Shown in pieces: positions 48,985 to 59,944 of a DNA stretch of 64,000 nt (position 1 is its first letter; every line of letters begins with the position of its first letter). Position numbers and translations under genes: made by a program. The stretch lies in the NCBI GenBank assembly GCA_963814375.1, contig CAWFCQ010000003.1, positions 128,001-192,000 of the forward strand, read 5' to 3'. The notes under the pieces are model-generated. The model saw only the letters and a program-made list of their open reading frames with translations, was not told where the DNA came from and made no database searches. Source of the stretch: an uncultured Chloroflexia bacterium (GTDB taxonomy: Bacteria; Chloroflexota; Limnocylindria; QHBO01).

Positions 48985-51900
48985 TTCCCTTTCCACGCTT
49001 CGTTGGTTGCATGCCGTTGGCGGACGACGGGGCTCGCTGGAGAGCGTCTGCGAGCTCCTGCCGGCGAATGGGCTTGCTCAGGTAATCGTTCATCCCGGCG
49101 GCCAGGCACGCCTCACGGTCGCCCGCCATGGCGTTGGCCGTCATCGCGACGATCCACAGCGGCCGATCCGGCCATCGCGTCCGGATCTCGCGCGTCGCGC
49201 CCAGCCCGTCCAGCTCCGGCATCTGGACGTCCATCAGGACCACGTCGTACGTGTCGTGCTCGAGCGCCGCGAGCGCCTCCAGCCCATCGGTGGCGACCTC
49301 GGCCGCGTACGACATCTGGGTCAGAAGCCGCTTCGCAAGCTTCTGGTTCACCGGGTTGTCCTCGGCGAGCAGGATGCGAAGCGGATGACGCTGGCCCAGG
49401 GTGCGTCCATCGCCATCGGCTTCGGTGGGCGCCGGGCGCTCGGCCACCATGCCGAGCAGGAGGGTCGCGATCGTGTCGTGCAGCGCCGATGGCTTGACCG
49501 GCTTCGCGAGCCACGACGCGATGTGAGCGCCCTCGCGCTCCCGCATGCCGATCGACGAGAGGATGACGACCGGCATCGTGGCTGCCACGCCGGAGGCCAG
49601 GCCGGCGACCGCCTCGGCCAGCTCGAGGCCGTCGAGCTCGGGCATGAGCAGGTCGAACAGCGCGATCTCGAAGCGCTCCCCTGCGCGAAGCCAGTCCAGC
49701 GCCTCGCGTGGCGAGCCGGTCGCTTTCGCCACCATCCCCCAACGGGCGGTCTGCGCGACGAGGATGCGGCGGTTCGTCGCGTTGTCGTCGACGATCAGCA
49801 CCGACCGACCCGTGAGGTCGGCGGCGATGCGCATCGGCCGGACTGAGGCGACTGCATCGGGGCTGGCTTCCGCCATCCGGACGGCGAGCCGGAAGACGCT
49901 GCCCTCTCCGGGCACGCCCGAGCTCTCGGCGGTCAGGGTGCCGTCCATGAGCTCGGCCAGCCGGCGGCTGATCGCCAGGCCGAGGCCGGTCCCGCCGTAG
50001 CGCCGCGCAATCGAGGCGTCGACCTGGCTGAAGGACTGGAACAGCTTGCCCATGGCGTCGGGCTGGATGCCGATGCCGGTGTCGCGGACGTCGATGCCGA
50101 TCTCCCAGCGGCCTTCCGCGCGGCGTCCCGACATCGGCGCGCCGCTGACGGTCACCACAACCTCGCCGCTCTCGGTGAACTTCACGGCGTTGGACAGCAG
50201 GTTCAGGACCATCTGCCGCAGCCGTCCGGCATCGCCGACGAGCGCGACCGGCAGGTCCTCGTCGACCGCGTAGACCAGCTCGAGCCCCTTGGCCGCGGCG
50301 GTCGGCGCCAGGATGTCGAGCGAGGCCTCGATCGCGTCGCGAAGCACGAACGGCCGGCTCTCGAGGTCGACCCGACCGGCCTCGATCTTCGAGAAATCGA
50401 GGACGTCGTTGATGATCGTCAGCAGGGCGTCGCCGGAGGTGCGGATCGTCTCGGCGAAGTCGCGCTGCTCGTCGTCGAGCGGCGTGTCGATCAGCAGCCC
50501 GCTCATGCCGATCACCGCGTTCAGCGGCGTCCGGATCTCGTGGCTCATGGCCGCCAGGAAGCTGCTCTTCGCCTCATTCGCCTGCTCCGCCGCCGCACGC
50601 GACTCCTCCGCGGCGGCGAACAGCCGCGCATTCTGGAGCGCGATGGCCGCCTGCTGCGAGAGCCCGATCAGGAAGTTGAGGTCAGCCGCGGTGAAGGCCC
50701 CGGAGCCCGGGAAGCGCCAGACGACCAGGACACCGGCCACCTCGTCACCGATCGTCAGCGGTGCCGCCATGAGCCGGTCGTCCTCGTCTTCGGCCGTGCC
50801 GGGGATGGTCAACGAACGGCTGTCGGCCGATGTGCTGTTCACGAGCTCGGCACGGCCGGTGGTGGCGACGTCGCCGATGATCCCCTCGCCGCGCGTGACC
50901 GCGTCGGCGAGGATGACCTGCGCCATGGTCCCGAGGGCGACGATCGCGTGCAGCTGGTCGCTGTCGGGCTGCGGCAGGAAGACGGCGCTCGTGTCGGCGT
51001 CGAGCAGCGCCTTGGCCCGGTCCGCGATCTTCTCGAGCACGACCGAGAGGTCGAGCGTGGCGGACACCTCGCGGCCAACCTCGGCCAGCCCCGCCATCTC
51101 CTCCGCGCGTCGTCGCGTCTCCTCAAAGAGGCGTGCGTTCTGGATCGCCACTCCGACGTTGGCGGCGATGGTCGAGAGCAGCCGCTCGTCCGCCTCGCCG
51201 AAGCGGCCCTCCTGGGACGTGCTCTGGATGCTGATGACCCCGATCGCGTGGTCGGCAGCCATGATCGGCACGCCGAGCCACGAGCGCGCCAGGGTGCCCT
51301 GGCCGCGTTCCCCGAGCTCCGCCCAGTCAGCCGCCCGATTGAGGAGCATCGGCCGCCGCCGCTCGAGGACCTTCGAGGTGAGGCCCTCGCCGAGGGCCAT
51401 CGGCTGCTGGCCCGGGTGCTCACCGCCCTCGACGTAGTACGGGAACTCGATGGTGCCCAGCTCCTGGTTGACGAGAGCGACATACGCGATGTCGGCGTTG
51501 AATGCCTCCTGCGTCTTGTCGCCAACCAGCTCGAGCAGTGGCTGAAGGTCGAGCTGGGCCGCCAGCGCCTCGCCGACGCTGTTGATCGTGCCGAGCTCGC
51601 CGACCCGCTGCTGGGTCTCGTCGATGAGGCGTCCGGTGCGCAGCGCGACACTGAGGCTGGCCGCGATGGTCGTGAGGAGGGAGACATCGCGCTCGTCGAA
51701 CGCCTGCTCGCGGTCGAGGTTCTGGATCGAAACGACGCCGAGAGTCTCGTCGCCGACCGCCAGAGGCGCGAATATCGCCGACTTCGCCGGCTCCCCGATG
51801 ATCGCCGCCGGTTGTCCGACTTCGGCCGCGCGCCCCGCGAAGTCCTCCGTCACCAGGATCGGCTCGCCCGACTCGACGACCTGCTTTCGGAAGCCGATGA

Positions 51901-54900
51901 GCGGGCGCGGCTCGTCCGCGAATCGCACGCCGCGCTCGATGGTGAACGGCGAGTGCGTGACATCCGCCTCGCGGTCGTAGATCGAGATGTCGACGACCTG
52001 CGCGTCGAACACGTCCTGCGCCCGCTCCCCGACCAGCTCGTACATCGCCTGGATGTCGAGCTCGGACGCCAGGCGGCGCTGGACGCTGTTCGTGATCGCA
52101 AGCTCGGCGGCGCGGCGGTCGGTTTCCGCCAGCAGCCGCTTCGTCTCGTCGAAGAGACGCGCGTTCTCGAGCGCGACGCTCAGGCTCGATGCAAGCGTGG
52201 TCAGCAGACGGACGCTCCCGTCGCTGAAGGCGTGCTCGCGGTCGACGTTCTGGAGCGAGATCGAGCCCCGCACCTGGTCGCCGACGACGAGCGGAGCGAA
52301 GACCATCGACTTCGGACGCTCGCCCACGATGGCCACATCCACCTCGTGCTCGGCCAGCCACCCATCGAGATCCTCGTTGATGACGAGCGCCCGCTTCTCG
52401 GTCATGAGGAGGCGTGCGAACCCGCTGAACGGCAGCACCGGGCTGACGAGCCGCTCCCCGCGCTCGATGCCGTAGGGAAACGACATCGTTTCGGAGGTGG
52501 AGTCGAACGTGTTGATCAGCACGGTCTGGGCATCGAAGATCTCGGCGATCTTGTCGCCGACCAGGTCGTACATCGACTGCATGTCGAGGTTCTGGGCCAG
52601 GCCCTCCTGGACCGAGTTGATGATCGCCAGCTCGGCGGCGCGCTCATCGGTCTCTGTCAGGAGGCGCTTCGTCTCGTCGAAGAGGCGCGCGTTCTCGAGC
52701 GCCACGCTGAGGCTCGACGCCAGGGTCGTGAGCAGGCGCACGTCCGATTCGGCAAACGCGCCCTCTCGGTCGAGGTTCTGGAGCGAGATGACGCCGCGCG
52801 CTTCGTCACCGACGATCAGGGGCGCGAAGAGATAGCCCTTCGGCTTCTCGCCCTGGATGGCGGCGGGCTGGCCCAGCTCGATCGCACGCTCCATCGCCCC
52901 TTCGTTGATGACGAGCGGCTCGCGCGTCTCGAGCACATACTTCCGGATCCCGAAGATGGGGATGGGCTCGTCGGGCCAGCGAACGCCGCGCTCGATCGTG
53001 TACGGGAACCGAATGACGCCGGCCGCACGATCCACGATGCCGATGTCGACGACCTGGGCATCGAAGATCTCCTGGATCTTCTCGCCGACGAGCTCGTACA
53101 TCGCCTGCATGTCGAGGTTCTGCGCCAGCCCTTCCTGCACGCTGTTCACGACAGCGAGCTCGGCGGCTCGCTCATCGGTTTCGGTCAGAAGGCGCTTGGT
53201 CTCGTCGAACAGGCGTGCATTGTCGAGCGCCACGCTGAGGCTGGCGGCGAGGGTGCTCAGCAGCCGCACATCCGAGTCGCTGAAGGCGTTGACGCGATCG
53301 AGGTTCTGGATCGAGATCCTTCCGCGCACCTCGCCGCCCACGATCATCGGGGCCATGAGCACCGACAGGGCCACTTCCCCCTGTATGTGTTGGGCCGCGC
53401 CGCTCTCCTGCTGCCATGCCACTGCGTCGCGGATGTACAGCGGCTGGCGCGTCTCGAGGACCGTGGTGGACATGGCCGAGTCGGTGATCGGGATCGTTTC
53501 GTTCGGCAGCGACTCGCCGCGCTCGATGCTGTATGGGTACGAGATCGTCCCGGCTGCCGTGTCGTAGATGCCGATGTCCGCGACCTGGGCGTCGAAGATC
53601 TCCTGGATCTTGTCGCCCACGAGGTCGTACATGGCCTGCATGTCAAGGTTCTGGGCGAGGCCTTCCTGCACGGAGTTGATGATCGCCAGCTCGGCGGCGC
53701 GCTCGTCCGTTTCCGTCAGCAGGCGCTTCGTCTCGTCGAACAGCCGCGCGTTCTCGAGCGCCACACTGAGGCTGGCCGCAAGCGTGCTCAGCAGACGCAT
53801 GTCCGACTCGCTGAACGCGTTGATGCGATCGAGGTTCTGGAGGGAGATCCTGCCGCGCACCTCGCCGCTGACGATGAGTGGCGCAATGAGCGCCGAGAGC
53901 GATGGCTCACCCTGGCTGACCTGCAGCGCTTGGCCCCGCACCCGGTCCCACTCGGGGATGTCATTCACGAGGGCCGGCTGACGGCTCTCCAGGACGAGCA
54001 CGGTGAGCGAGGAGTCCGCGATCGGCGTCGGCTGGTCGGGGAACCGCACGCCGCGCTCGATGCTGTAGGGATAGCGGACCAGGCCGGCCTCGAGATCGAG
54101 GATGCCGATGTCGACGACCTGCGCGTCGAAGATCTCCTGGATCTTGTCGCCGACGAGGTCATACATGGCCTGCATGTCGAGGTTGGCCGCCAGGCCCTCC
54201 TGGACGCTGTTGATGATCGCGAGCTCAGCGGCACGCTCGTCCGTCTCCGTCAGCAGCCGCTTCGTCTCGTCGAAGAGGCGCGCGTTCTCGAGCGCCACGC
54301 CCATGCTGGCGGCCAGGGTTCCGAGCAGTCGCTCGTCCGACTCGCTGAACCCGAAGGGTTCGGGGCGGTCGAGGTTGACGATGCCCAGGACGCGCCCGCT
54401 TGCCATGATCGGCACGCCCAACCACGACTCGCTTGCCGGAGCCTCCTCTTCGGGCAGGCCAACGATGATGGCGCCACGCTCGCGGGCTTCTTCGAGCGTG
54501 TTGAGGCGCAGTGGGACTCCGCTCGTGATGACCTGGGACGTCAGACCCGGACCCAGTTCCCAGCCTTCCACCTCGACGCGCTGACCGCGTTCCAGGAAGT
54601 ATGGGAACGAGACGAGGTTCGTCTGCGAGTCGTGAAGGGCGATTGAGACGGAGGCGACCTCGAAGATCGAGCGGATGCGATCGCCAATGAGGTCGATGAT
54701 GGCGCCGAAGTCGAGCTGCCTCGCCAGCGCCAGACCGATCTCGTTGACGAGGGCGAGCTCCGCATTCCGCTGGCGGGTCTCCTCGATCGCTCGGGCGCGC
54801 GTGAGGGCGGTGCCGATGTGATGCCCGACGAACGTGAGCAGCTCGAGGTCGCCTGGCGCGTACCGGCGATCGTCGCGGTACGTCTGGACCGCCACGACGC

Positions 54901-55393
54901 CGATGGACCGGCCATCCGCCATGAGCGGTACGCCCATCCACTCGACCGATGGCGCCCCGACGATCTCGATCTCGCCGGCCGCCGCCATCTCGGTGAATTG
55001 CTCCTCGTTCCACCACTGGGATCGGCTGGTCCGGAGCACGTAGGCCGTGGCGCCCTTCGCGTTACCCGTTCCGAACGGCTCCCATGTGTTGGGATCAGGA
55101 ATGTCCGAATCGACCTCGTCGCGGAAGAACGGGTAGTTGATGCGCTGGCGGGCCTCGTCGTAGAGGGCGATGTAGAAGTTGTCGGCGTACATGAGCTCGC
55201 CAACGATCTCGTGCATCGCGGCATAGAAGGACGGCATGTCGGCCGCGATGCTCGCCGTTTCGGCGATCCGATACAGGGCGGCCTGGACTCGCTCGGAGCG
55301 ATCGAGGTTCGCGACGCGCGCCTCGAGGTCGGCGATTCTCTTGTTGGCGGTGGCCAGCTCGTTGGCCAGGTCGTCGCTCAACCGATGGACCAT
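48965..55393 (-). CDS. Cytoplasmic hybrid histidine kinase: 9 GAF + HisKA + HATPase + 2 REC; start uncertain (55393-55477)
   Basis: Repeated [12 protein letters not shown] linkers; [16 protein letters not shown] and GGTGLGL motifs; two receiver domains. Confidence 0.93.
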   Translation of the reverse strand: MVHRLSDDLANELATANKRIADLEARVANLDRSERVQAALYRIAETASIAADMPSFYAAMHEIVGELMYADNFYIALYDEARQRINYPFFRDEVDSDIPDPNTWEPFGTGNAKGATAYVLRTSRSQWWNEEQFTEMAAAGEIEIVGAPSVEWMGVPLMADGRSIGVVAVQTYRDDRRYAPGDLELLTFVGHHIGTALTRARAIEETRQRNAELALVNEIGLALARQLDFGAIIDLIGDRIRSIFEVASVSIALHDSQTNLVSFPYFLERGQRVEVEGWELGPGLTSQVITSGVPLRLNTLEEARERGAIIVGLPEEEAPASESWLGVPIMASGRVLGIVNLDRPEPFGFSESDERLLGTLAASMGVALENARLFDETKRLLTETDERAAELAIINSVQEGLAANLDMQAMYDLVGDKIQEIFDAQVVDIGILDLEAGLVRYPYSIERGVRFPDQPTPIADSSLTVLVLESRQPALVNDIPEWDRVRGQALQVSQGEPSLSALIAPLIVSGEVRGRISLQNLDRINAFSESDMRLLSTLAASLSVALENARLFDETKRLLTETDERAAELAIINSVQEGLAQNLDMQAMYDLVGDKIQEIFDAQVADIGIYDTAAGTISYPYSIERGESLPNETIPITDSAMSTTVLETRQPLYIRDAVAWQQESGAAQHIQGEVALSVLMAPMIVGGEVRGRISIQNLDRVNAFSDSDVRLLSTLAASLSVALDNARLFDETKRLLTETDERAAELAVVNSVQEGLAQNLDMQAMYELVGEKIQEIFDAQVVDIGIVDRAAGVIRFPYTIERGVRWPDEPIPIFGIRKYVLETREPLVINEGAMERAIELGQPAAIQGEKPKGYLFAPLIVGDEARGVISLQNLDREGAFAESDVRLLTTLASSLSVALENARLFDETKRLLTETDERAAELAIINSVQEGLAQNLDMQSMYDLVGDKIAEIFDAQTVLINTFDSTSETMSFPYGIERGERLVSPVLPFSGFARLLMTEKRALVINEDLDGWLAEHEVDVAIVGERPKSMVFAPLVVGDQVRGSISLQNVDREHAFSDGSVRLLTTLASSLSVALENARLFDETKRLLAETDRRAAELAITNSVQRRLASELDIQAMYELVGERAQDVFDAQVVDISIYDREADVTHSPFTIERGVRFADEPRPLIGFRKQVVESGEPILVTEDFAGRAAEVGQPAAIIGEPAKSAIFAPLAVGDETLGVVSIQNLDREQAFDERDVSLLTTIAASLSVALRTGRLIDETQQRVGELGTINSVGEALAAQLDLQPLLELVGDKTQEAFNADIAYVALVNQELGTIEFPYYVEGGEHPGQQPMALGEGLTSKVLERRRPMLLNRAADWAELGERGQGTLARSWLGVPIMAADHAIGVISIQSTSQEGRFGEADERLLSTIAANVGVAIQNARLFEETRRRAEEMAGLAEVGREVSATLDLSVVLEKIADRAKALLDADTSAVFLPQPDSDQLHAIVALGTMAQVILADAVTRGEGIIGDVATTGRAELVNSTSADSRSLTIPGTAEDEDDRLMAAPLTIGDEVAGVLVVWRFPGSGAFTAADLNFLIGLSQQAAIALQNARLFAAAEESRAAAEQANEAKSSFLAAMSHEIRTPLNAVIGMSGLLIDTPLDDEQRDFAETIRTSGDALLTIINDVLDFSKIEAGRVDLESRPFVLRDAIEASLDILAPTAAAKGLELVYAVDEDLPVALVGDAGRLRQMVLNLLSNAVKFTESGEVVVTVSGAPMSGRRAEGRWEIGIDVRDTGIGIQPDAMGKLFQSFSQVDASIARRYGGTGLGLAISRRLAELMDGTLTAESSGVPGEGSVFRLAVRMAEASPDAVASVRPMRIAADLTGRSVLIVDDNATNRRILVAQTARWGMVAKATGSPREALDWLRAGERFEIALFDLLMPELDGLELAEAVAGLASGVAATMPVVILSSIGMREREGAHIASWLAKPVKPSALHDTIATLLLGMVAERPAPTEADGDGRTLGQRHPLRILLAEDNPVNQKLAKRLLTQMSYAAEVATDGLEALAALEHDTYDVVLMDVQMPELDGLGATREIRTRWPDRPLWIVAMTANAMAGDREACLAAGMNDYLSKPIRRQELADALQRAPSSANGMQPTKRGKGSARARA

Positions 55394-55543
55394 CGGCGCA
55401 TGCGTCGCTCGCGTGGGATCACGGGGTACTCCTGCTCGGTCGCCTCGCCGGGCGATCATCGGCGATGGCCGCGACATTCTGCGCGAACCGCCCCGGCTCC
55501 GTCGAGCAAGGAGGCGACAGCGCGGTTGTGCGCGCCGAAGTGA

Positions 55544-55906
55544 TGGTGGAGATGGGGGAGAATCGAACTCCCCGTCCAGAACACATTCCCCGGGAACTTC
55601 CTACAGGCATTTCCGGCCAACTTGGGTTTCGCGTCGCGGACCCCCGACCGGCGGGGTGCCTCGCTTGCTATCCGGTGATGCCTCTCGGCTCTTTGGCGTC
55701 GCTCACCGGAGTCGGCGGCGCCGCACCTCCCCTAATGACATCTTCGCCGTCCGGGGAGGGGGGACGACGTCGATGCTCACTGCCTAAGCAGCGAGGGCGT
55801 AACTATCGTTGCCAGTTACAGCAATTGCCCGCTGTTTAACGAGGCCTGCGAGCACCCTCGGCCTGCGATCCCCGGTTCACGGGCCCTGTCGAAACCTGAC
55901 ATCCCC
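55544..55906 (-). ncRNA. ssrA: tmRNA; tag (A)GNDSYALAA encoded at 55813-55784
   Basis: 5' GGGGATGTCAGGTTTCGAC; 3' GGAGTTCGATTCTCCCCCATCTCCACCA; TAACT resume signal; downstream of smpB. Confidence 0.97.
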
Positions 55907-55985
55907 ACGAACCGATTCGGACGCGCATTCTACCAGAATCGTTCGTATCGATGAGAACGGGTGTTCTATCAGCCCTGACCGTCGT

Positions 55986-56117
55986 GATTCACGCAAGGTG
56001 GGCGTTATCGGGCACGGATGCGCTGGAAGCGTCCGAATTCACACCCCGGCGGGCGGAGACGCCGATTTCGACTGTTCGGCGCCCCAATCCATGCGTAGCG
56101 CCCACGACGTGTGAATC
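55986..56117. repeat. Imperfect inverted-repeat element between smpB and ssrA
   Basis: GATTCACgCaagGTGGGCGtTA pairs with an inverted copy ending at 56117; third ATTCAC unit 50 bp from the first. Confidence 0.55.
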
Positions 56118-56148
56118 TGGCACGTTCGCGAGGCCGACCACCGCAACG

Positions 56149-56613
56149 CTAGAGCTTGATGCGGCCCGCGGCCTTTGTCTCGCGCTCGAGCTCGCGTCGC
56201 ATGTCCCGTTCGGCGATGGTGCGGCGCTTGTCGTGGGACTTCTTGCCGCGCGCCACGCCGATCTCGAGCTTTGCCACACCGCCGCGGACGTAGAGCCGGA
56301 GCGGGACGATCGTCAGTCCCTTGGCCGACTGGAGCCCGAGCAGCTCCGAGATCTGGTCGCGGTGGAGGAGCAGCTTCCGCGTTCGCGCCGGCGCGTGGTT
56401 GTACCGGTTGCCCTGCTCGTACTCGGCGATGTGCGCGCCGATCAGCCAGGCCTCACCACGCTCGATCCGGACGTACGCCTCGGCGATGTTGACCTTGTGG
56501 GCCCGGATGCTCTTGATCTCGGTGCCGGTCAGCACGAGGCCGGCCTCGAGTGTGTCCTCGATGGCGTAGTCGTGGCGTGCGCGCCGGTTGACGGAGATCG
56601 TCTCGTCGGGCAT
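56149..56613 (-). CDS. smpB: SsrA-binding protein
   Basis: NRRARHDY, EAGLVLTGTEIKSIR, RKLLLH and GKKSHDKR motifs. Confidence 0.98.
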   Translation of the reverse strand: MPDETISVNRRARHDYAIEDTLEAGLVLTGTEIKSIRAHKVNIAEAYVRIERGEAWLIGAHIAEYEQGNRYNHAPARTRKLLLHRDQISELLGLQSAKGLTIVPLRLYVRGGVAKLEIGVARGKKSHDKRRTIAERDMRRELERETKAAGRIKL

Positions 56614-56638
56614 CGGTACCTCGCGGAGGAGTCGGCGG

Positions 56639-56671
56639 AAATGGAAAGAGCCGGCCGTTTCGGCCGGCTCT
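56639..56671 (-). terminator. Terminator-like hairpin upstream of smpB
   Basis: AGAGCCGGCCG-AAA-CGGCCGGCTCT followed by TTCCATTT. Confidence 0.65.
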
Positions 56672-56699
56672 CGCCTGCGCTACACCACGCGAAGCCGTG

Positions 56700-56741
56700 T
56701 TATCGCACCGCCTCGGTGGTGGCGTGCTTGGAACTACTCAT
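56700..56741 (-). CDS. Putative 13-aa sORF MSSSKHATTEAVR
   Basis: Full-consensus SD AAGGAGGTG 7 nt upstream; TGC-TAGGAT extended -10 at 56778-56770. Confidence 0.5.
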   Translation of the reverse strand: MSSSKHATTEAVR

Positions 56742-56772
56742 TGCACACCACCTCCTTCCGTTGCCGGCGATC

Positions 56773-58152
56773 CTAGCAGATGGGTCGGGGCGCCACAATC
56801 CCGACGACCGCGGGCAATTTCACCGCCGCAGACGGCGATCCGGACGGCGCCGGCGTTGCCTCGCCGTCGGCGATCGGCTGGTCGGCCAGGTACGCGAGCG
56901 CCGCATCGAGGGCCGGGTCCTCCTCCGGAGGCGTCTCCGCCGAGCGCGCCGCCGCGATGTCGGGCTGGATGCCGTCAGGGGCGACGCTATTGTGCTCCGG
57001 CGTGAACCAGCGGCTGATCGTGATGCGCACGCCGCCCTCGTTCGCGAGGCGGCCCCACACCTGGACCGTGTTCTTCCCGAAGGTCGGCTCGCCGATGAGC
57101 GTGGCGCGCTCTCGCTCCTGGAGCGCCGCGGCCACGATCTCGGAGGCTGACGCCGAGCCGCCGTTGACGAGCACGACGACCTCGATCTCGGGGTCGATTG
57201 CCACGCCCTCACCGGTCGACTCGTAGCGCTTGACATCGTCGTCGGCGGACTCCTGCGTGAAGATCAGGCCGTCGTCCACGAACTGGCTGGCGATCTGCTG
57301 CGCGGCGTCGATATAGCCACCCGGGTTGTCACGCAGGTCGAACACGATCTGGTCGGCGCCCTGGTCGAGCAGCTCCTGGAGCCCGGCGGCGAACTGCTCG
57401 CTGGCCGGAGCGCTGAAGCCGTTGAGACCGATGTAGCCGACATGGCCGTCGATCAGCCGCGTCTCGACCTCCTGGAGCATGATCTCGGAGCGCGTGATGG
57501 TGACGTCGAATGGCTCGCCGCCGTCGCGCTCCATGGTCAGGGTCACGTCCGTGCCCGACTCGCCGCGGATCTTGCTGATCTGGTCGTTCATCGTCGACCC
57601 GTCGACCGTCTCGCCGTCGACGGCGAGCACGAAGTCGCCCGCCTGGAGGCCAGCCGCCTCGGCCGGGGAGTCAGCGAGCGGCGCGACGACCACGAGGCGA
57701 CAGGTTGCCGTGAACTCGGTGCAGGCCGCCAGGTCGGCGGGATCCTCGGTGTTGCTGATCGCCATCTCGGCACCGATGCCGCTGAAGCTGCCCGACAGGT
57801 CGCCCAGCGCCTGCTGGTACTGCTCCGGGGGCATGTAGCCCGAGTACGGATCCTCCACCCCGTACTGGAACATGCCGCGAATGGCGCCCTCCGCCAGCTT
57901 GGTGGCGTCGAGCTCGTCCACGTACTCGGCCTGGAGGCGGTCATACGCCTCGCAGAACGCGCCGAACGCCTCGTCGGGCGCCGCGCAGCCGTCACCGCCG
58001 CCGGCACCACCGCCGGCGAGGTAGCCGCCGATGAAGAGGACGGCGCCGACCACCGCCGCCAGCGCGAGCGAGATGATCCAGGCGATGGGTCCGCCGCGCA
58101 TCGGTGATGGCGCGGGCGAGGGCGTCGAGTTCTGGGGTGTCTGATCGATCAT
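56773..58152 (-). CDS. S41 C-terminal processing peptidase with PDZ domain
   Basis: FSGIGAE, DLRDNPGG, NGGSASASEI and TFGK motifs. Confidence 0.93.
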   Translation of the reverse strand: MIDQTPQNSTPSPAPSPMRGGPIAWIISLALAAVVGAVLFIGGYLAGGGAGGGDGCAAPDEAFGAFCEAYDRLQAEYVDELDATKLAEGAIRGMFQYGVEDPYSGYMPPEQYQQALGDLSGSFSGIGAEMAISNTEDPADLAACTEFTATCRLVVVAPLADSPAEAAGLQAGDFVLAVDGETVDGSTMNDQISKIRGESGTDVTLTMERDGGEPFDVTITRSEIMLQEVETRLIDGHVGYIGLNGFSAPASEQFAAGLQELLDQGADQIVFDLRDNPGGYIDAAQQIASQFVDDGLIFTQESADDDVKRYESTGEGVAIDPEIEVVVLVNGGSASASEIVAAALQERERATLIGEPTFGKNTVQVWGRLANEGGVRITISRWFTPEHNSVAPDGIQPDIAAARSAETPPEEDPALDAALAYLADQPIADGEATPAPSGSPSAAVKLPAVVGIVAPRPIC

Positions 58153-58226
58153 GGGAGGCCGAGTCTAGCGTCGGTCCATGGGCATCGGGTTGCGCGCTGA
58201 TTACGGTTCGGAAACCCGTCCGAGGC

Positions 58227-59120
58227 CTAGCGGGCGGCCGCGAGGTACGAGCGGACGCTGATCCAGGAGCCCAGCGCGCCGAGGCCGACGCCGACGCCGA
58301 AGATGAGGACCGAGATCGTCGCGAGGAACTGCGAGCTGACGGCGGTCGGCATCTGGAAGAGGCCCACCATGCTCGGCTGGATCGGCTCCCACACGGCGGC
58401 CACGATGAAGACCGTCACGATCGCTCCGATCAGCCCGCACAGGATTCCCTCGAGGATGAACGGCCAGCGGATGAACGAGTCGGAGGCGCCGACGAGGCGC
58501 ATGATCTCGATCTCGGTGGCCCTGCTGTGGACGGCGATTCGGATCGTATTGATGATCATGAACAGCACGGTCAGCCCCACCAGCCCGACGACCGCGATGC
58601 CCACTGTGCGGATGACGTTGATGATCCCGAGCAGCGTCTCGTACTCGGCCTGCTTCGTCAGGATCCGCTCCACCTGTGGGTGATCGTCCAGCGCCGCGAC
58701 GACGGCGCCGGAGGACTCCGCATCGGTCAGGGTGATCTCGAAGCTGGCGAAGATCTCGATTGTCGCGCCCCCGAGGTCGAGCTCCTGGCCCATCTCGCGG
58801 TAGGTCGCGCGCAGGCGGTCGAGAGCCTCGGCGGGCGAGACGTAGTCGACGTCGGCCACGCCCGGGATCGCGCGGATCTCGTCGCGCATCTCCTCCCGCT
58901 GCGCGTAGGACAGCTGGTCGACGAGGCGCGCGGTCACGCCGACCTTGCTCTCGATGAACTCGAGGCCCGAGTTCAGGCCGCTGATCACAATGAACAGCGC
59001 CGCCAGCAGGACGAGCATGAGCACCACGGTCGCCGTGGCGGCCAGGCTCATCATCGCGTTGCGCCAGAACCCCTGCCAGGCGCGCACGACGCTGAAGCCG
59101 ACGAAGCGCATGAAGGCCAT
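58227..59120 (-). CDS. ftsX: Cell division permease-like protein FtsX
   Basis: INTIRIAVHSRATEIEIMRLVGASDSFIRWPFILEG motif. Confidence 0.96.
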   Translation of the reverse strand: MAFMRFVGFSVVRAWQGFWRNAMMSLAATATVVLMLVLLAALFIVISGLNSGLEFIESKVGVTARLVDQLSYAQREEMRDEIRAIPGVADVDYVSPAEALDRLRATYREMGQELDLGGATIEIFASFEITLTDAESSGAVVAALDDHPQVERILTKQAEYETLLGIINVIRTVGIAVVGLVGLTVLFMIINTIRIAVHSRATEIEIMRLVGASDSFIRWPFILEGILCGLIGAIVTVFIVAAVWEPIQPSMVGLFQMPTAVSSQFLATISVLIFGVGVGLGALGSWISVRSYLAAAR

Positions 59121-59123
59121 CGG

Positions 59124-59861
59124 TCAGTACTCTCGCTCGTAGGCCGCGGCGGCCTCGTCGCGGACGAGATGGCCGTCCTCGAGCGCCAGCACGCGGCGGC
59201 GCATCGCGTTCACGATCTCCTGGTTGTGGGTCGCCATCAGGACCGTCGTGCCGAGCTGGTTGATGGCGATCAGCAGCTGGATGATCTCCCAGCTCGTGAC
59301 CGGGTCGAGATTTCCCGTCGGCTCGTCGGCGATGAGAATGGCCGGATCGTGGACCAGCGCGCGTGCGATGGCCGTTCGCTGCTGCTCCCCGCCGGAGAGC
59401 TGCGTCGGCAGGTGCTGCGCGTGGTCATGGAGCCCGACGAGGTTGAGCAGCTGCGGCACCCGCTGGCGGATGCGCGATCCGGCCGCGCCGGTGACCTCGA
59501 GGGCGAAGGCGACGTTCTCCCACACCGTCTTGTTCGGCAGCAGCCGGAAGTCCTGGAAGACGATGCCGATGCGGCGACGGAGCTCGGGCACCTGGCCGCG
59601 CCGCAGCCGATGCAGGTCGCGGCCGGCGACGGTCACGCGGCCGGTGGTCGGGACCTGCTCGCGGATGAGCAGGCGGATGAAGGTGCTCTTTCCGGCGCCA
59701 GACGGACCGACCAGGAAGACGAAGTCGCCGCTCGGAATGCTGACGTTCACATCGGCCAGGGCGACCTTGCCATTGGGATATCGCATGCCGACGTCGACCA
59801 TGCCGATGACCGCGGTGTCGACGGGTTCGGTGCTTGTTCGGCGGCGCAAGAGGGATGTCAT
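59124..59861 (-). CDS. ftsE: Cell division ATP-binding protein FtsE
   Basis: GPSGAGKST, VFQDFRLL, LSGGEQQR and ADEPTGNLD motifs. Confidence 0.96.
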   Translation of the reverse strand: MTSLLRRRTSTEPVDTAVIGMVDVGMRYPNGKVALADVNVSIPSGDFVFLVGPSGAGKSTFIRLLIREQVPTTGRVTVAGRDLHRLRRGQVPELRRRIGIVFQDFRLLPNKTVWENVAFALEVTGAAGSRIRQRVPQLLNLVGLHDHAQHLPTQLSGGEQQRTAIARALVHDPAILIADEPTGNLDPVTSWEIIQLLIAINQLGTTVLMATHNQEIVNAMRRRVLALEDGHLVRDEAAAAYEREY

Positions 59862-59944
59862 CGGTGCGCCGACGATGGTACCCAAAGCCACCGGGCCTAG
59901 ATCGACGCGCGGAACGGTCGCCTGCCGCTAGCCTGCTCAGCGGA

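Noticed and set aside
50540-54646. Long antisense ORFs (1368 aa here; also 36348-39086 and 8232-10556)
   Set aside because: Shadow frames of high-GC genes on the opposite strand, with no recognisable motifs
47490-55544. Genomic island integrated at the tmRNA 3' end
   Set aside because: No integrase and no duplicated tmRNA 3' fragment visible in the window
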